Assembly: GCA_038087875.1 (NCBI GenBank)
Contig: CM075991.1
Coordinates: forward strand, 7,566,001-7,630,000
Source of the DNA: Malacoraja senta
Lineage: Eukaryota
Length of the DNA: 64,000 nucleotides
Direction: 5' to 3'
Shown here: positions 49,009 to 61,462 of the stretch, one piece after another
Layout of the letters: each line of letters opens with the position of its first letter
Numbering within the stretch: the first letter of the stretch is position 1
Notes under the pieces: model-generated
The model's input: the letters and a program-made list of their open reading frames with translations, nothing else
Told to the model about the DNA's origin: nothing
Databases searched by the model: none
Position numbers and translations under genes: made by a program

Positions 49009-49622
49009 TTAGGTGTGTTACAGTACTTTAGACTTTGGCTTTTGAGCAGTCTTCAGCCATGTGATGGATAACGAATGGGCAGCAGTTCTAATACTTGTTG
49101 ATGAACAAAGTTCATAGACTGGATGTGATATTGTGAAAGAGTGGCGGCAGGCAGTAGATCGGACTGTCCTGGGAACTTTTGTAACTTTGGCGGAGCCAGA
49201 AATGTAGTGCCACTTGTATTGTTTTTCCACTGACTGGTTAGCACACAACAAAAGCTCTTCACTGTACCTCAGTACATGTGACAATACACTAAACTAAACT
49301 ATACAGTCTAAGCGAGGTCTGCTTTTTTGATTTTACCAGATTGTATGCAAAACAAAGCATTTCACTGTACCTAGGTACATGTGACAATAAAGTATCAAAG
49401 AATTGAATAATTGAAAATGCTGTTTATATTCCAAGCCACATAAGTGATAATTTACTGATGAAATTACAGGAAGAGTGAAGCAATATAATTCTAAATTTTG
49501 CTTACCAACACCCCCTTTAAAGTTGACTCTGACTCTTAAAAGTTGAAGTGAAAAGGAAACAGAAAGTGAAATAAGAAGGAAAGTAATTGCAACAAAATTT
49601 TAAGTTGTTAAATCCTTTAGTA

Positions 49623-49853
49623 ATCTATGGACCCATCTCCAAAATTGTGTTATTGGTAACCTCCTTTGTTTTCTCCTTCTCTATTATTTTATAGTTTCCC
49701 TTTTTTTTCCCTTTTTTTCTTTTCTTTCTATAGTTCTATCTTTCAAAAATATTTTTTTATAAAAAAAATAGAAGCTTTGCATATATGTAATTGGTAATCA
49801 AATCGTGTTTTGGCTATTATATGCTTCTAATAAAAATATTAAAAAATAAATAA
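49623..49853 (+). mobile_element. Short L1-type 3' UTR insertion with 13-bp TSD
   Basis: T-rich UTR, cttctaataaaa and A tail like 10881-11312; TSD aaatcctttagta at 49610-49622 and 49854-49866. Confidence 0.75.
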
Positions 49854-49902
49854 AAATCCTTTAGTAGCGCTTGAAATGCAGGAATGAGATGCAATTTTAC
49901 AT

Positions 49903-50003
49903 TGAAGATAGACACAAACAGCTGGAGTAACTCAGCGGGTCAGACAACATCTCTGGAGAAAAAGAATAGGTGACGTTTCGGGTTGAGACTCTTCTTCAGA
50001 CTG
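49903..50003 (-). mobile_element. PLE terminal module
   Basis: gacgtttcgggttgagactcttcttcag core. Confidence 0.8.
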
Positions 50004-50734
50004 GATATTTCACATTGTTCTATTTCCTAGTCAGAGAGATTGATTTGCATCTCTGTAACAATTAGTGAATGATTAAAAAGAGGTTGCCATTCTCAATCAC
50101 CATTCTGTACTTTTTTCATCAGCTCATAAGGTGATAGGGAATAGGAGTAGAATTAGGCCATTCGGCCCATCAAGTCTACTCCACCATTCAATCATGGCTG
50201 ATCTATCTCTCCCTCCTAACCCCATTCTCCTGCCTTCTCCCCATAACCTCTGACACCCGTACTAATTAAGAATCAATCTCTTTCTGCCTTAAAAATGCAG
50301 CATCTTACAGCAGATGTTGAAGGAGCGGAGCCTCCTCAGAAAGTACAGACGGCTCTGTCCCTACTTATCCAGTGTTCCTGTCCAGGTAAACTCCAAGGTA
50401 CTTGTACTGCTTGGTAAACTGCGCATCCACACCCTTGATGGAGACAGGGGGACAGGGGTGTTCCTCTCCTCCTAAATTAATGAACGCATGTGTCATTAAC
50501 ATGCTATTACTTTGCCAGTACAATTTGGACCTTTGCACATTCAGAGAGTCTCATTGGCACATGGTCACTCAGAACTCTGTGGCCACCCTTATTCAAGCAG
50601 AGGCCAAGTTTCCAAGATGAGTTGAAAAATCAATAGTCGAGATAGAAATTGCAAATAAAACAACGATAATGTGATTCAGAGCAGTGGAAGGTGATAATGA
50701 TAAATTATAGAGAAGGGAAAGTCTGAATTATAAG

Positions 50735-51175
50735 TTCATGTTCATAAGTGATAGGAGCAGAATTAGGTCATTCGGCCCATCAAGTCTACTCACCCATTCA
50801 CACATGGCTGATTTATCTTTCCCCACTGAACCCCATTCTCCTGCCTTCTCCCCCTAAATCCCTGACACCCATTCTAATCAAGAATCTATCAATCTCTGCC
50901 TTAATTATATCCACTGTCGGCCTCCATGGCCTTCTGCGGCAAAGAATTCCATAACTCACCACCATCTGACTGAAGAAATTCCTCCTCATCTCCTTCCGAA
51001 AAGAACGCCCTTTAATTCTGAGGCTATAACCTCTAGTCCTAGACTCTCCCACTAGTGGAAAAATCCTCTCCCCATTCACTCTATCCAAGCCTTTCACTAT
51101 TCTGTAAGTTTCAATGAGGTCTCCCCTCGTCCTTCTGAACTCCAGCAAGTACAGGCCCAGTGGCGTCAAACGCTT
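50735..51175 (-). mobile_element. CR1 LINE 3' end (shorter one at 50120-50295)
   Basis: LGLYLLEFRRTRGDLIETYRIVKGLDRVNGERIFPLVGESRTRGYSLRIKG. Confidence 0.9.
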
Positions 51176-51564
51176 GGGTAACTGTGCCAAATAGTAAAGA
51201 ACATCCTGGAGAAATGGATAATGAAGTACAGAAAAATGATGGACTAGTAAGAGGAAGTGAAAATATTTGATGGAAAATTCATGCTTTATCAATCTTTATT
51301 GCATTCTTTGAGGGAGTCATAGAATGTTCATCAGAGATGAACACTGTGCCACACATCATTCCATTAGGAGTGTACACCTCCACTTCAGGGAACCTAATGG
51401 CACTGATGGTCTGATATTGGCCAGGCACTGTGCATTTACTCAGCAGCGGCATGAAGAGGCAAGGAGCGGCACGTTTTTTTAAAATATCCCCAGTGTTCGA
51501 GCTCCATCATCCTCTGGGAGAGAATTCCAGGGATTCGCCACCTTGATCCAGGTTGTTGTCCTGA

Positions 51565-52125
51565 CACTGAAGAAGGGTCTCGACCTGAAACATCACCCAT
51601 TCCTTCTCTCGAGAGATGCTGCCTGTCCCGCTGAGTTAATCCAGCTTTTTGTGTCTATCTTTGGTTTAAACCAGCATCTGTAAGCAGTTCCTTCCTACAC
51701 AACTGATTATTTCATCTCACTAGCATTGAGAGCTAGCTTGTTGTCCTAACACCACGACACAAAGCACTTACAAGAAAGGACACCACTCTATATGTGAATG
51801 TGAAAATATAACAGGACGACTGATCGGAGGTTTGGTGAGTTTGAGAAGAATAGAGCTATGGAGAGAAGTGGTCGGCAAGAAAGACTCCTCAATATGCATC
51901 ACTCCCCCAGGTCTGGCTCAGTGGAACCGACATTGGAATTGCACAAAGCCAGAACTGCAGGTCTGATGTAAATCAAACAGTTGTTTTTCTTTGTGTACGA
52001 AAGAACTGCAGATGCTGGTTTAAATTGAACGTCGACACAAAATGCTGGAGTAACTCAGCGGGACAGGCAGCATCTCTGGAGAGAAGGAATGGGTGGCGTT
52101 TCGGGTCGAGACTCTTCTTCAGCCT
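51565..52125. mobile_element. Two PLE modules (51565-51700 plus; 51992-52125 minus)
   Basis: Full modules; second flanked by duplicated cagttgtttttctt. Confidence 0.8.
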
Positions 52126-53029
52126 TTTCTTCTTCAGTTGTTTTTCTTTCTCGTGTGTGCTCTTTCCCCGGCGTGCTCATTGCATTGAACTTTCCTTCCG
52201 ACATCCCTCTCCAGGGGATGGCAAGACAATGAGAGCAGGTCAGGCTAATTGAGAGCGCTGCCCGCTGACTTGCTTTCCTCCTCCACCCCCTGACACAGGG
52301 TGCACTTGCAACAGGATGGGCCTGATAATCATCACGAGAAGTAACCTTGATTGGCTTTTCACGAACCCAGGGGGCGGATGGCAGGCGAGCAAACACGCAG
52401 CGGGAAGGATAGCGAGCATCTTTTGGATGCGTCTGATTCAGCACCACGCTGGGCACAAATCAACTTTAATGCTCGAAACACTGAGAGCAACAGAAATAAA
52501 GTTATTACTTAAACATGAGCTGAAACAATTAATTTACGCTTGGCTATCTGCCTTCACTCTTCCTAACCTCACCTAGACTATAATTATTATCAAGTGTTTT
52601 TTTTAATGTGGTACATCTGCTGAAGTGCCCTTATTACCAGTGACATAAACATTCAAGTCCAGCTCTGGTGAATTATAAGCCCTTCTAGTTCAACCCGAAG
52701 TTGGTGGTCCATAGATTGGCTCCAGGAGCTGCCAGATCATGCTGTGTTTCAATTCTCCTGTCTCCTCTCTGCTCATGCAATTATTTTGCACAGCACTTTG
52801 AGATTTTTTTTTTTATTCTCTCACGGTCAGTGGGTACTTATTAACCTTTTTTTCCCTCGTTCGAGCGCTGTCATCTTGAGCAGTGATATACTCACGGGTC
52901 CCCTTCAGAGACCTGAGCAGCATCGCCACGTGTTTCTCAAAGAAAGGACACTTTTGCCTCCTTTTCTGCTCTTTTACTTTTCTTCTCCTCTGAACCCATC
53001 ATCAAGGACCCTCACCATCCTGGCCACAC

Positions 53030-53345
53030 ACTCATGTCTCCGCTGCCTTCAGGTAGAAGGTACAGGAGCCTGAAATCTGCAACATCCAGGTTCAGGAACA
53101 GCTTCTTCCCCACAGCCATCAGACTATTAAACTCAATTCAAACAAAAATCTGAACTTTAATAGCCTATTGCACTTTATCTGCTTATTTATGTATGTATAT
53201 ATATATATGTATATATTCAATGGTATATGGACACACTAATCTGTTCTGTATTTATTTATGTCTACTATGTTCAGTTGTGCTGAAGCAAAGCAAGAATTTC
53301 ATTGTTCCATCTGGGACACATGACAATAAACTCTCTTGAATCAAT
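53030..53345 (+). mobile_element. Rex1/Babar-like LINE 3' end
   Basis: LPSGRRYRSLKSATSRFRNSFFPTAIRLLN; tail atctgggacacatgacaataaa. Confidence 0.8.
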
Positions 53346-53569
53346 GTGACCTTCAGGGAAATGCCTGTGGCAGGTCACCTTTGGACTACAGGTAAGGGAT
53401 CTCATAGAAACATAGAAACGTAGAAAATAGGTGCAGGAGTAGGCCATTCAGCCCTTCGAGCCAGAGCTGATCATCCAAAATCAGTACCCCCTTCCTGCTT
53501 TCTCCCCATATCCCTTGATTCCATTAGCTCTAAGAGCTATCATCTCATGAGTGAATCTCAACCATTGTG

Positions 53570-54130
53570 TTTAGTTTAGTTCAGTCTCATGTGTACCGAG
53601 GTACAGTTAAAAGCTTTTTGTTATCCAGTCAGCGGAAAGACTACAACCAAGCCGTCTACAGTGTACAGATGCAGGATAAAGGGAATAACATCTAGTGCAA
53701 GAGGAAATCCAGTAAAGACAGATTAAAGATAGTCTGAGGATCTCCAATGAGGTACTGTAGATAGTGGCTCCCTAGTTGGTGATAGGATGGTTCAGTTGCC
53801 TGCTGACAGTGAGGAAGAGACTGGTCCTGTATCTGGAGGTGTGCCTTTTCACACTTCTGATCCTCTTGCCTGATGGGAGGGGGGTAGAGAATTGTGCTGG
53901 TAGCCTTGCCGGGGCAGAGTGAAGTGTAGATGGGGTGAATAGAAGAGAGGCTGGTTTGTGTGACGGTCTGGGCAGCGTTTACAATTCTCAGCGATTTCTT
54001 ATGGACTGGCACGGAGCTGTTAACAAGCCATGCTGTGATGCATCCCGATAAAATGCTCTCTACAGCGCATCTGTAGAAGGTGGTGAGAGTTGTTGGGAAC
54101 ATGCTGAACTTCCGAAGCCTTCTAACGAAC
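53570..54130 (-). mobile_element. Rex1/Babar-like LINE 3' portion
   Basis: TLTTFYRCAVESILSGCITAWLVNSS...LRIVNAAQTVTQTSL. Confidence 0.88.
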
Positions 54131-54477
54131 TAATGAAGTGAAATCAGTGGTTGATCTGACGTAGGTATCCTACATCTCTGCAGGATAACCATGGAATGAT
54201 CTGCTTCAAAGACAGATTCAGATCAGATGAGTTTATCATCATATATATCAAGTGCAATGAAATTCTTTGCTCACACTACCCAGCATACATATAGTCACGA
54301 TAACTACAACAATAATAATCACAATGAGAGCAAAACAGCAGAGTGGTGCAAGATTGTGGTGCAAAATCCAAAGTAGTGTAAAAAAATATTAAATATAAAA
54401 GTACAATAATGGAATGTGTTAGAGCTAAGAGTGAGAGTACGTGGCAACATCTCAGAGAAATGAGGTTGGAGGAGGTC

Positions 54478-54683
54478 AAACACAAAAAGCTGGAGTAACT
54501 CAGCGGGTCAGGCAGCATCTCTGGAGAAAAGGAACAGGGTTCAGAATGGAGTCTGAATCCAAGGTCTCAATCCAAAATATCACTTATTCCTTCTCTCCAG
54601 AGATGCTACCTGACCTGCTGGGTCACTCCAGCTTTTTGTGTCTGTCTTCAGTTTAAGCAGCATCTGCGGTTTCTCCCTGTACA
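54478..54683. mobile_element. Head-to-head PLE module pair
   Basis: acacaaaaagctggagtaactcagcgggtcagg arm is the reverse complement of cctgacctgctgggtcactccagctttttgtgt. Confidence 0.8.
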
Positions 54684-54849
54684 GGATGAAAGAGGTAGGT
54701 GTTGGTTGAGGAGATTGATAGTAGTGGGGAAGAACCAGAATATCTGGCCCTTAAGTCCCGAATCGGTGCTTCCCTACCGGAGACTGCAGCAGGTCTCCGG
54801 TAGGGAAGATCTGTTGACTATTTCTACAGCAGCCCCATTCACTGGGACA

Positions 54850-55140
54850 AGGTTGTATTCACCCTTTCGCTTCCTTTGATGGGCAACAAATTCTTTCATC
54901 TCGCTAACGTTAAGAGCTAGGTTTGTTGTCTTGACACCATGACACATGGTACTGGATCTATTTCACGTACTTCATTTCATTATTGATGTTGATCCATCAC
55001 TGGTATCATCGAGGAGCTTTAAGATTGCACTGGCATTGTGTGCGGCTACAGGGCCCTGGGTGCACAGAATGCATCGCAAGGGGCTGAGTACACAACCCCG
55101 ATGTGTGCCAGTGATGAGGGTCAGTTTGGAGGAAATGTTG
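54850..55140 (-). mobile_element. LINE RT-domain fragment (Rex1/L2-like)
   Basis: Minus strand LTLITGTHRGCVLSPL, similar to the GxPQGCVLSPLL RT motif. Confidence 0.6.
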
Positions 55141-55154
55141 AGTTTTGCCGCTCA

Positions 55155-55565
55155 GTTTAGTTTAGTGCAAAGATAATAGTGTGGAAACTGGCCCTTCAGC
55201 CCACCGAGTCCTCGCCGATCAACGATCAGTCTGAAGAACGGTCTCGACCCGAAACCGTCGCCCATTCCTTCTCTCCAGAGATGCTGCCTGACCCGCTGAG
55301 TTACTCCAGCATTTTGTGTCTATTTCCGACCAATGATCGCCCGAACGCTAGTTCTATGCTACACTAGGGACAATTCACAAAAGCCAATTAGCCGACAAAC
55401 CTCCATGTCTTTGGAATGTGGGAGGAAACCGGAGCACCCAGAGAAAACCCACTCGGTCACGGGGAGAATGTACAAATTCCATACAGCTAGCACCCTTAGT
55501 CAGGATCGAACCCGGGTTTCTGGCGCTGTAAGGCAGCAAATCTATTGCTGCGCCATTATACTGCC
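55155..55565 (-). mobile_element. HE1-type V-SINE with nested PLE module (55226-55325, plus)
   Basis: ccga.caa.gatc duplicated around the insert. Confidence 0.85.
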
Positions 55566-55928
55566 TCTATAGTCAGTAAATGCTAGAGACTGTAGCAGAT
55601 AGAGGCCCCAAGGCAATGGTCCAGAATTTATTGGTTTCGTTCACAACCTGAAAATAAATATCAAAAATGAATCTAGTTCTTGTTGGTTTATTGTTAAATG
55701 CTCATAGCGTAAATACAACTTTTATGGTGCTCCAACACAGATTCCCTCCAAATGTGGAGAAAAGTAGAAAATACAATGTAAATCTTTCATTTTTATTCAT
55801 TAAACGTGGGACATAGAACAGTGCAGCACAGGCAAAGGCCCTTCAGCCCGCATTGTCCATTCTGAACATGATGCCAAATTAAATTAAACTGCACATGATC
55901 CTCACCCCACTTCATTTCCTCTCCTAAG

Positions 55929-56160
55929 CTAGACACAAAAAGCTGGAGTAACTCAGCGGGACAGGCAGCATCTCTGGAGAGAAGGAATGGGTGACGTTTC
56001 GAAGATCTGAAAAAGAAGGTCTGCTTCAGTCTGAAGAAGGGCCTCGACCCGAAATGTCACCCGTTCCTTCTCTCCAGAGATGCTGCCTGTCCCGCTGAGT
56101 TACTCCAGCTTTTTTGTTTCTATCTTCGGTTTAAACCAACATCTGCAGTTCCTTCCTACT
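55929..56160. mobile_element. Head-to-head PLE module pair
   Basis: ~70-bp inverted arms; catttcct.tcct duplicated in the flanks. Confidence 0.85.
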
Positions 56161-56549
56161 CATTTCCTTTCCTGCTAGGATCATGAATATTTCTGCCGGG
56201 AAAGTAGACGCAGAATTCACGGAACAACAGGATTTTATTTGAACTTTTCACATACAGTTTAAGTATTGTAATTTTTCATTCTAGACTTATTTACTGAATC
56301 AGTTGTTTGAAAGTAACTGACTTCATTTCCCATGGGATTTAAGATCACTTGACATGATTAAACATTCAGCAATTGACCAACTTAATCATATTCCTGACCT
56401 TTTCACGAGGCCAATATTATAGCTGTTGTTTCTTTTTTATTTATTCATTTCTCATGACCTGGGCTCGCTAGAAAAGCCTGCACTCCGTGTTCATCACTAA
56501 TCGCCCTTCAGATGGCAGGGGTGAGTCACATTCTTGAACTGCTGCAGCC

Positions 56550-56845
56550 TTTAGACTTTAGACTTTAGAGATACAGCATGAAAACAGGCCCTTCGACCCA
56601 TCAGGTCCACACCGACCAGCGATCACCCCGTACACTAACACTATCCTATACACTAGGGACTTACCGAAACCAATTAACCTGTTTGTCTTTGGAGTGTGGG
56701 AGGAAACTGGAGCACCCGGAGAAAACCCACACAGTCCCAGGGAGAACGTACAAACTCTATGCAGACAGCACCCATAGTCAGATGCGGACCTGGGTCGCTG
56801 GCACTGTAAGGCAGCAACTCTACCACTGCACCACTGTGCTGTCCT
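56550..56845 (-). mobile_element. HE1-type V-SINE
   Basis: Reverse complement of SINE unit. Confidence 0.87.
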
Positions 56846-57359
56846 TACAGTCCTTATAATGAAATTAATCCCACAGAAGGGTCTCGACTCGAAACGTCAC
56901 CTATTCCTTCTAACCAGAGATGCTGCCTGTCCTGCTGAGTTACACCAGCTGCTTGTGTCTGTCCCCACATAGTCATAGATTAATAGACAATAGACAATAG
57001 GTGCAGGAGTAGGCCATTCGGCCCTTCGAGCCAGATGCAGCAAAGAAACAAGCCCTTGACCCCACTGAGTCTGTCAACCATCCATTTACACATAATCTCT
57101 TTATTTTCCCCACATTCTCTCAATTTCCCCATCCTCTAGTATTTACCCACACAGCAGGGTCAATTTACAGTGCGTGATTATCCTGCCACCCAAATGTCTA
57201 TGAGATATGGGAGGAAACCCTCGTGGTTATGGGGAGAGCATGCAAACTCCACAGATCCAGCACCGGAGGTCAGGATTGAACCTGTGTCGCTGGAGCTTTG
57301 TAGCAGTGGCTCCATCAGATGCACCACAGTGTGGCCCTATGCGGTCAAAATACTCCCCT

Positions 57360-57740
57360 TTCAAGAGGCTGAGGGGTGATATTATAGAGGTGTAGAGAAT
57401 AGAAAGAGTGAATGCATTGAATCTTTAATCCCAGGGTTGGGGTATCAAGAACCATGGGACATAGATTTAAAGTGAGAGGCGAAAGATTTAATAGGAACCT
57501 GAGGGACAACTTTTCCACACAGAGGGTGGGGGAATATGGAATGATCGGCCAGATGAAGTGGTTGAGGCAGGTGCAATAACAGCATTTAAAGACATTTGTT
57601 CAGGTACTTGGGCAGTTAAGGTTTAGAGAGATATGGGCCAAACGCAGGTAAATGGGACTGGCTTGGATCGAGCATCTTGGGGGGTTGGCATGCTCATGTT
57701 TGGTCAAATGGCCGGTTTCCATGCTGTCTGACACAATGAA
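57360..57740 (+). mobile_element. CR1 LINE 3' end, decayed
   Basis: gaggctgaggggtgatattatagaggtg; gatttaataggaacctgaggg. Confidence 0.8.
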
Positions 57741-58219
57741 TATGAATATGCACAGCAATAACAAGAATAATCAATAAAATATTTTCACAGAAGAAGGGTC
57801 TCGACCTGAAACTTTGCTCATTCCTTCTCTCCAGAGATGCTGCCTGTCCCGTTATGTTACTCCAGCATTTTGTGTCTATCTTCGGTGTAAACCAGCATCT
57901 GCAGTTCCTTCCTACAAATATTTGGACATGATATACAACTTCCACAGTTTATTAAAGAGAGGACAGATACTGAAAGGCTGCTTCGACTGATTGGAGCACA
58001 GTCGTGGGATAAGTGTTTGAGCATGAAAGATTGAACTGAGGAGATTTCTTTCCACTCAGGGGGCTGTGAATTGTCCGAGTTCTGTGGTGAAGCTCAGTCA
58101 CCGAGCACACTTGAGACTGAGGTATGGAACTGGACACGCCAACGCCATTGCTGCAGTCCTCCAAGGTTAAGGTTGTCCTGTAGCTCTCCAAGGCTTAGGT
58201 ATGTCGAGGAAAGAACCCA

Positions 58220-58610
58220 AGGGGCACGTTCTTCACACAGAGTATCTGGAACAAGATGCCAGAGGAAGTGGTTGAGGCAGATGCAACAACAAGATTTAAA
58301 GGGAGATAGACACAAAATGCTGGAGTAACTCAGCAGGCCAGGCAGCATCTCTGGAGAGAAGGAATGGGTGACCTTTCGGGTCGAGACCCTTCTTCAGTTA
58401 CTCCAGCATTTTGTGTCTATCTTCGGTTTAAGCCAGCATCTGCAATTCCTTCCTGCAATATTTAATGGGAGTTTGCACAAGTGCAGAAGCATAGGAAAAG
58501 TTTAGAGAGATATGGACCAAGAGCAGGCAAACGGGAACTTGCGTAGATGGGGCAACTTGGTCAGTATGGGCTGAAGGGCCAGTTTCCATGCTGTATGACT
58601 CTGACACTAT
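58220..58610 (+). mobile_element. CR1 3' end with nested inverted PLE pair (58305-58456)
   Basis: atttaa.gggag duplicated around the insert. Confidence 0.75.
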
Positions 58611-58760
58611 GGACGGCAAAATACCTCCAGGTGTGGATGTGGTGGTAATAAGTGGGGAATCTTTATGTGGTGATGTTCCCTTGTAGTAAATTATGGCAGT
58701 TTAGTTTTGTTTAAGCTTAACTTAGCTTATTTTAGCTTAACTTAGCTCAAAGTATTCAGT

Positions 58761-58788
58761 CTGAAGAAGGGTCTCGACCCGAAACGTC
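58761..58788 (+). ncRNA. Intact minimal hammerhead motif in PLE module (58756-58852)
   Basis: CTGAAGA-A-GGGT(CTCG)ACCC-GAAAC-GTC. Confidence 0.8.
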
Positions 58789-59158
58789 ACCCATTCCTTC
58801 TCTCCAGAGATGCTGCCTGTCCCGCTGAGTTATTCCAGCATTTTGTGTCTACATTTAGTTTAGCTCAGTTTAGTTTCGTTTATTGTCACATATACCGAGG
58901 TACGGTGAAAAGCCTTTTTTTCCCCACTGGGTAGAGGTCAAAGATAATTAAACACATACTTTTTCTCACTTTTACTGATCCCAGAATTCTATTAGAAACT
59001 GAAGTTAAACTCGCTGCAAACCGCTGCAAACTGCAAACTCATCTTGATTATTAGTCCACTGACATGAGCACAACCCATCACACCCACACATTGATCACAA
59101 TCGATCTGCTTCCCTTGTGGCAGTGTTAGTCAAACCTGGAATGCTCCAGACTTCATTC

Positions 59159-59184
59159 TGTGTGTGTGTGTGTGTGTGTGTGTG
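59159..59184. repeat. (TG)n microsatellite
   Basis: About 13 TG units. Confidence 0.95.
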
Positions 59185-60055
59185 CTCTGTTTGCTGATCG
59201 CTGCCAGGGTGACAATATATAGCTACTAAAATTTACCCTGGGCTCCCTGGTTTGGTTTAGAGATCCAGCATGGAAACAGGCTCTTCCTACAAATTCAGAA
59301 ATAGGCTTGTATTAAGTTGCAGGTGAAGGCGAGAAATGGAGAGAACAATATCAGCAATATGGAGGAGACTGAGAGAGAGAGTGGCCAAACGTATATTGGT
59401 GTCAACTGGGAGAGTCTGAAGCGTTTTGGTGATGACAGGTTATCTGTCCGGAGAAGTATGAATGAAGGGAGAACAGTGGAGAGAAAAACACACATGAAAT
59501 TCTCCTGGAACTGTAAGAGCAGTTACTGAAAATCTGAAATAAAGGAGAACACTTAGAGGTCGGACAACATTTGTGGAGAAAGAAATGCAGAATGGCGCAT
59601 GCATCAGTACAGCTGCCTTATTTTCCTGGGTCCCAGGTTCGATCCTGACTTTGGTTGCTGTCTATATGGAGTTGGTACCTTCACCATCCAGGTGGTTTCC
59701 TCCAGGTGCTGCAGTTTCATTCCACATCTCAAAGATATCATGGCAGGCTAATTGGCTGTCTCCGATGTAGGGCGGAGGCAAAAGAATCAAAGGGGAGGTC
59801 TAGGGCGGTGAGAGCGAGACAGGTTGCAAGGCTACAGGGAAATAAGGAGATGGGGAATGGGACTAGATGGGATTCTTCCCCAAGGAGCTATTTTGACGGA
59901 CGCCAATTAACCTACAAACCCATGTCTTCGGGATGTGGGAGAATTGCAAACTCCACACAGACAGCACCCAAGGTCAGGATCCAACCTGGGTCTCTGGCAC
60001 CGTGAGGCAGCGGCTCTCTCAGCTGCGTCACTGTGCCGCCCTGTTCTAGTTAGGT

Positions 60056-60255
60056 NNNNNNNNNNNNNNNNNNNNNNNNNNNNNNNNNNNNNNNNNNNNN
60101 NNNNNNNNNNNNNNNNNNNNNNNNNNNNNNNNNNNNNNNNNNNNNNNNNNNNNNNNNNNNNNNNNNNNNNNNNNNNNNNNNNNNNNNNNNNNNNNNNNNN
60201 NNNNNNNNNNNNNNNNNNNNNNNNNNNNNNNNNNNNNNNNNNNNNNNNNNNNNNN
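60056..60255. other. Assembly gap (200 N)
   Basis: Run of N. Confidence 1.
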
Positions 60256-60429
60256 GGCCTTCAATGTTTGTGACATCCATCTATACTCTGCTTTGAAGGG
60301 AGCACTAATGTCTTTATTCTTCTGTATAAATCCAAATGTGGAATCTTGGCAAATATCTCTCTCATTGTTAGGTAGGAATTATACTGGTCTCTGACTCCAG
60401 CAACGTTGTAAAAAGAATAGAGAAATAAA

Positions 60430-60612
60430 GACCCCAGGATGTTCCCGAGTGTTTAACTGCCTTCTTCTGAAGTGTACTCCCTGTTGTAATGCAGGAGAGG
60501 CAGCAGCCAATTTGTGCAGAGCAGGTTGCCACAAACAATTCAGCGATGATGGCCAGATAACATTTTCTATTGATGTTTATTGAGACAGAATTGCTGGCAA
60601 AACATTGTAGAT
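60430..60612 (-). mobile_element. Old Deu-domain SINE remnant (SacSINE1/AmnSINE1-like)
   Basis: tgaagtgtactccctgttgtaatgcagga...gcagccaatttgtgcagagcagg...ccacaaaca resembles the remembered reverse-complemented DeuSINE. Confidence 0.65.
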
Positions 60613-61139
60613 AACCCGGCCTCGCTGGTGGTTGTGAGTTTATTGGAAGTTTCAAATGGAGCAAATCCAGACAAACACATTATGATTGCAGAACGTCTGT
60701 GAACCGTAGCAATTCTTTCCCCTCAGTTTTCACTTGTATATTCTGACAGCATCAGATGAGGCCATTCGGCCCATTTTTCCTGTGCCAGTTCAATAAAACC
60801 ATGTGGAAATGACAGTTTTATCAGTCGAGGAATAGAGCGCAAAAAGCAAGATGATGTCAAATCATAATTTCAGCCAGTTAGAATGTTGTGGCCAATGAAA
60901 GATGCATCTAGATGGACCTAATTGGTGTCAATCACCGACTCTTTCACTAGATGCTACAAAACATATCCTTTTCAATTTTGCGTCTGGTTTCATTTTAATC
61001 ATTACCGGTGCTTTTAGTGTAGAGAAAAAAGGTGCCCGTACGCATATAGATATGACTGTATGACTCTATAACTGGGGCTATCCCACCTCAACATCCCTGG
61101 ATATGAAACTGATCAATAAGTGAATCACTATTTCTGAAC

Positions 61140-61462
61140 ACGGAGCGACACGGTGGCGCAGCGGTAGAGCTGCTGCCTCACAGCGCCAGAGACCCCAGGT
61201 TCGATCCTGACCTCGGTTGCCATCAATGCGGAGTTTGCACGGTCTCCCCGTGACCACATGGGTTACCTGCGGGTTTTCCGGTTTCCTCCCACATCCCAAA
61301 GACGTGCGAGTTTGGAGCTTAATTGGCTGCGGTAAAATTTCCCCTTGTGTGCAGCGAGTCGATGTGAGCGTGAAGTTACATGGAACGAATGTGAATGGAT
61401 GATCAGTGGCCGTTGAAGGGCTGTTTCCATGCTGTGTCTCTCAAACTGAAACTAAAATTAAA
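61140..61462 (+). mobile_element. HE1-type V-SINE
   Basis: cacggtggcgcagcggtagagctgctgcc head, ggttcgatcc B box. Confidence 0.87.
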
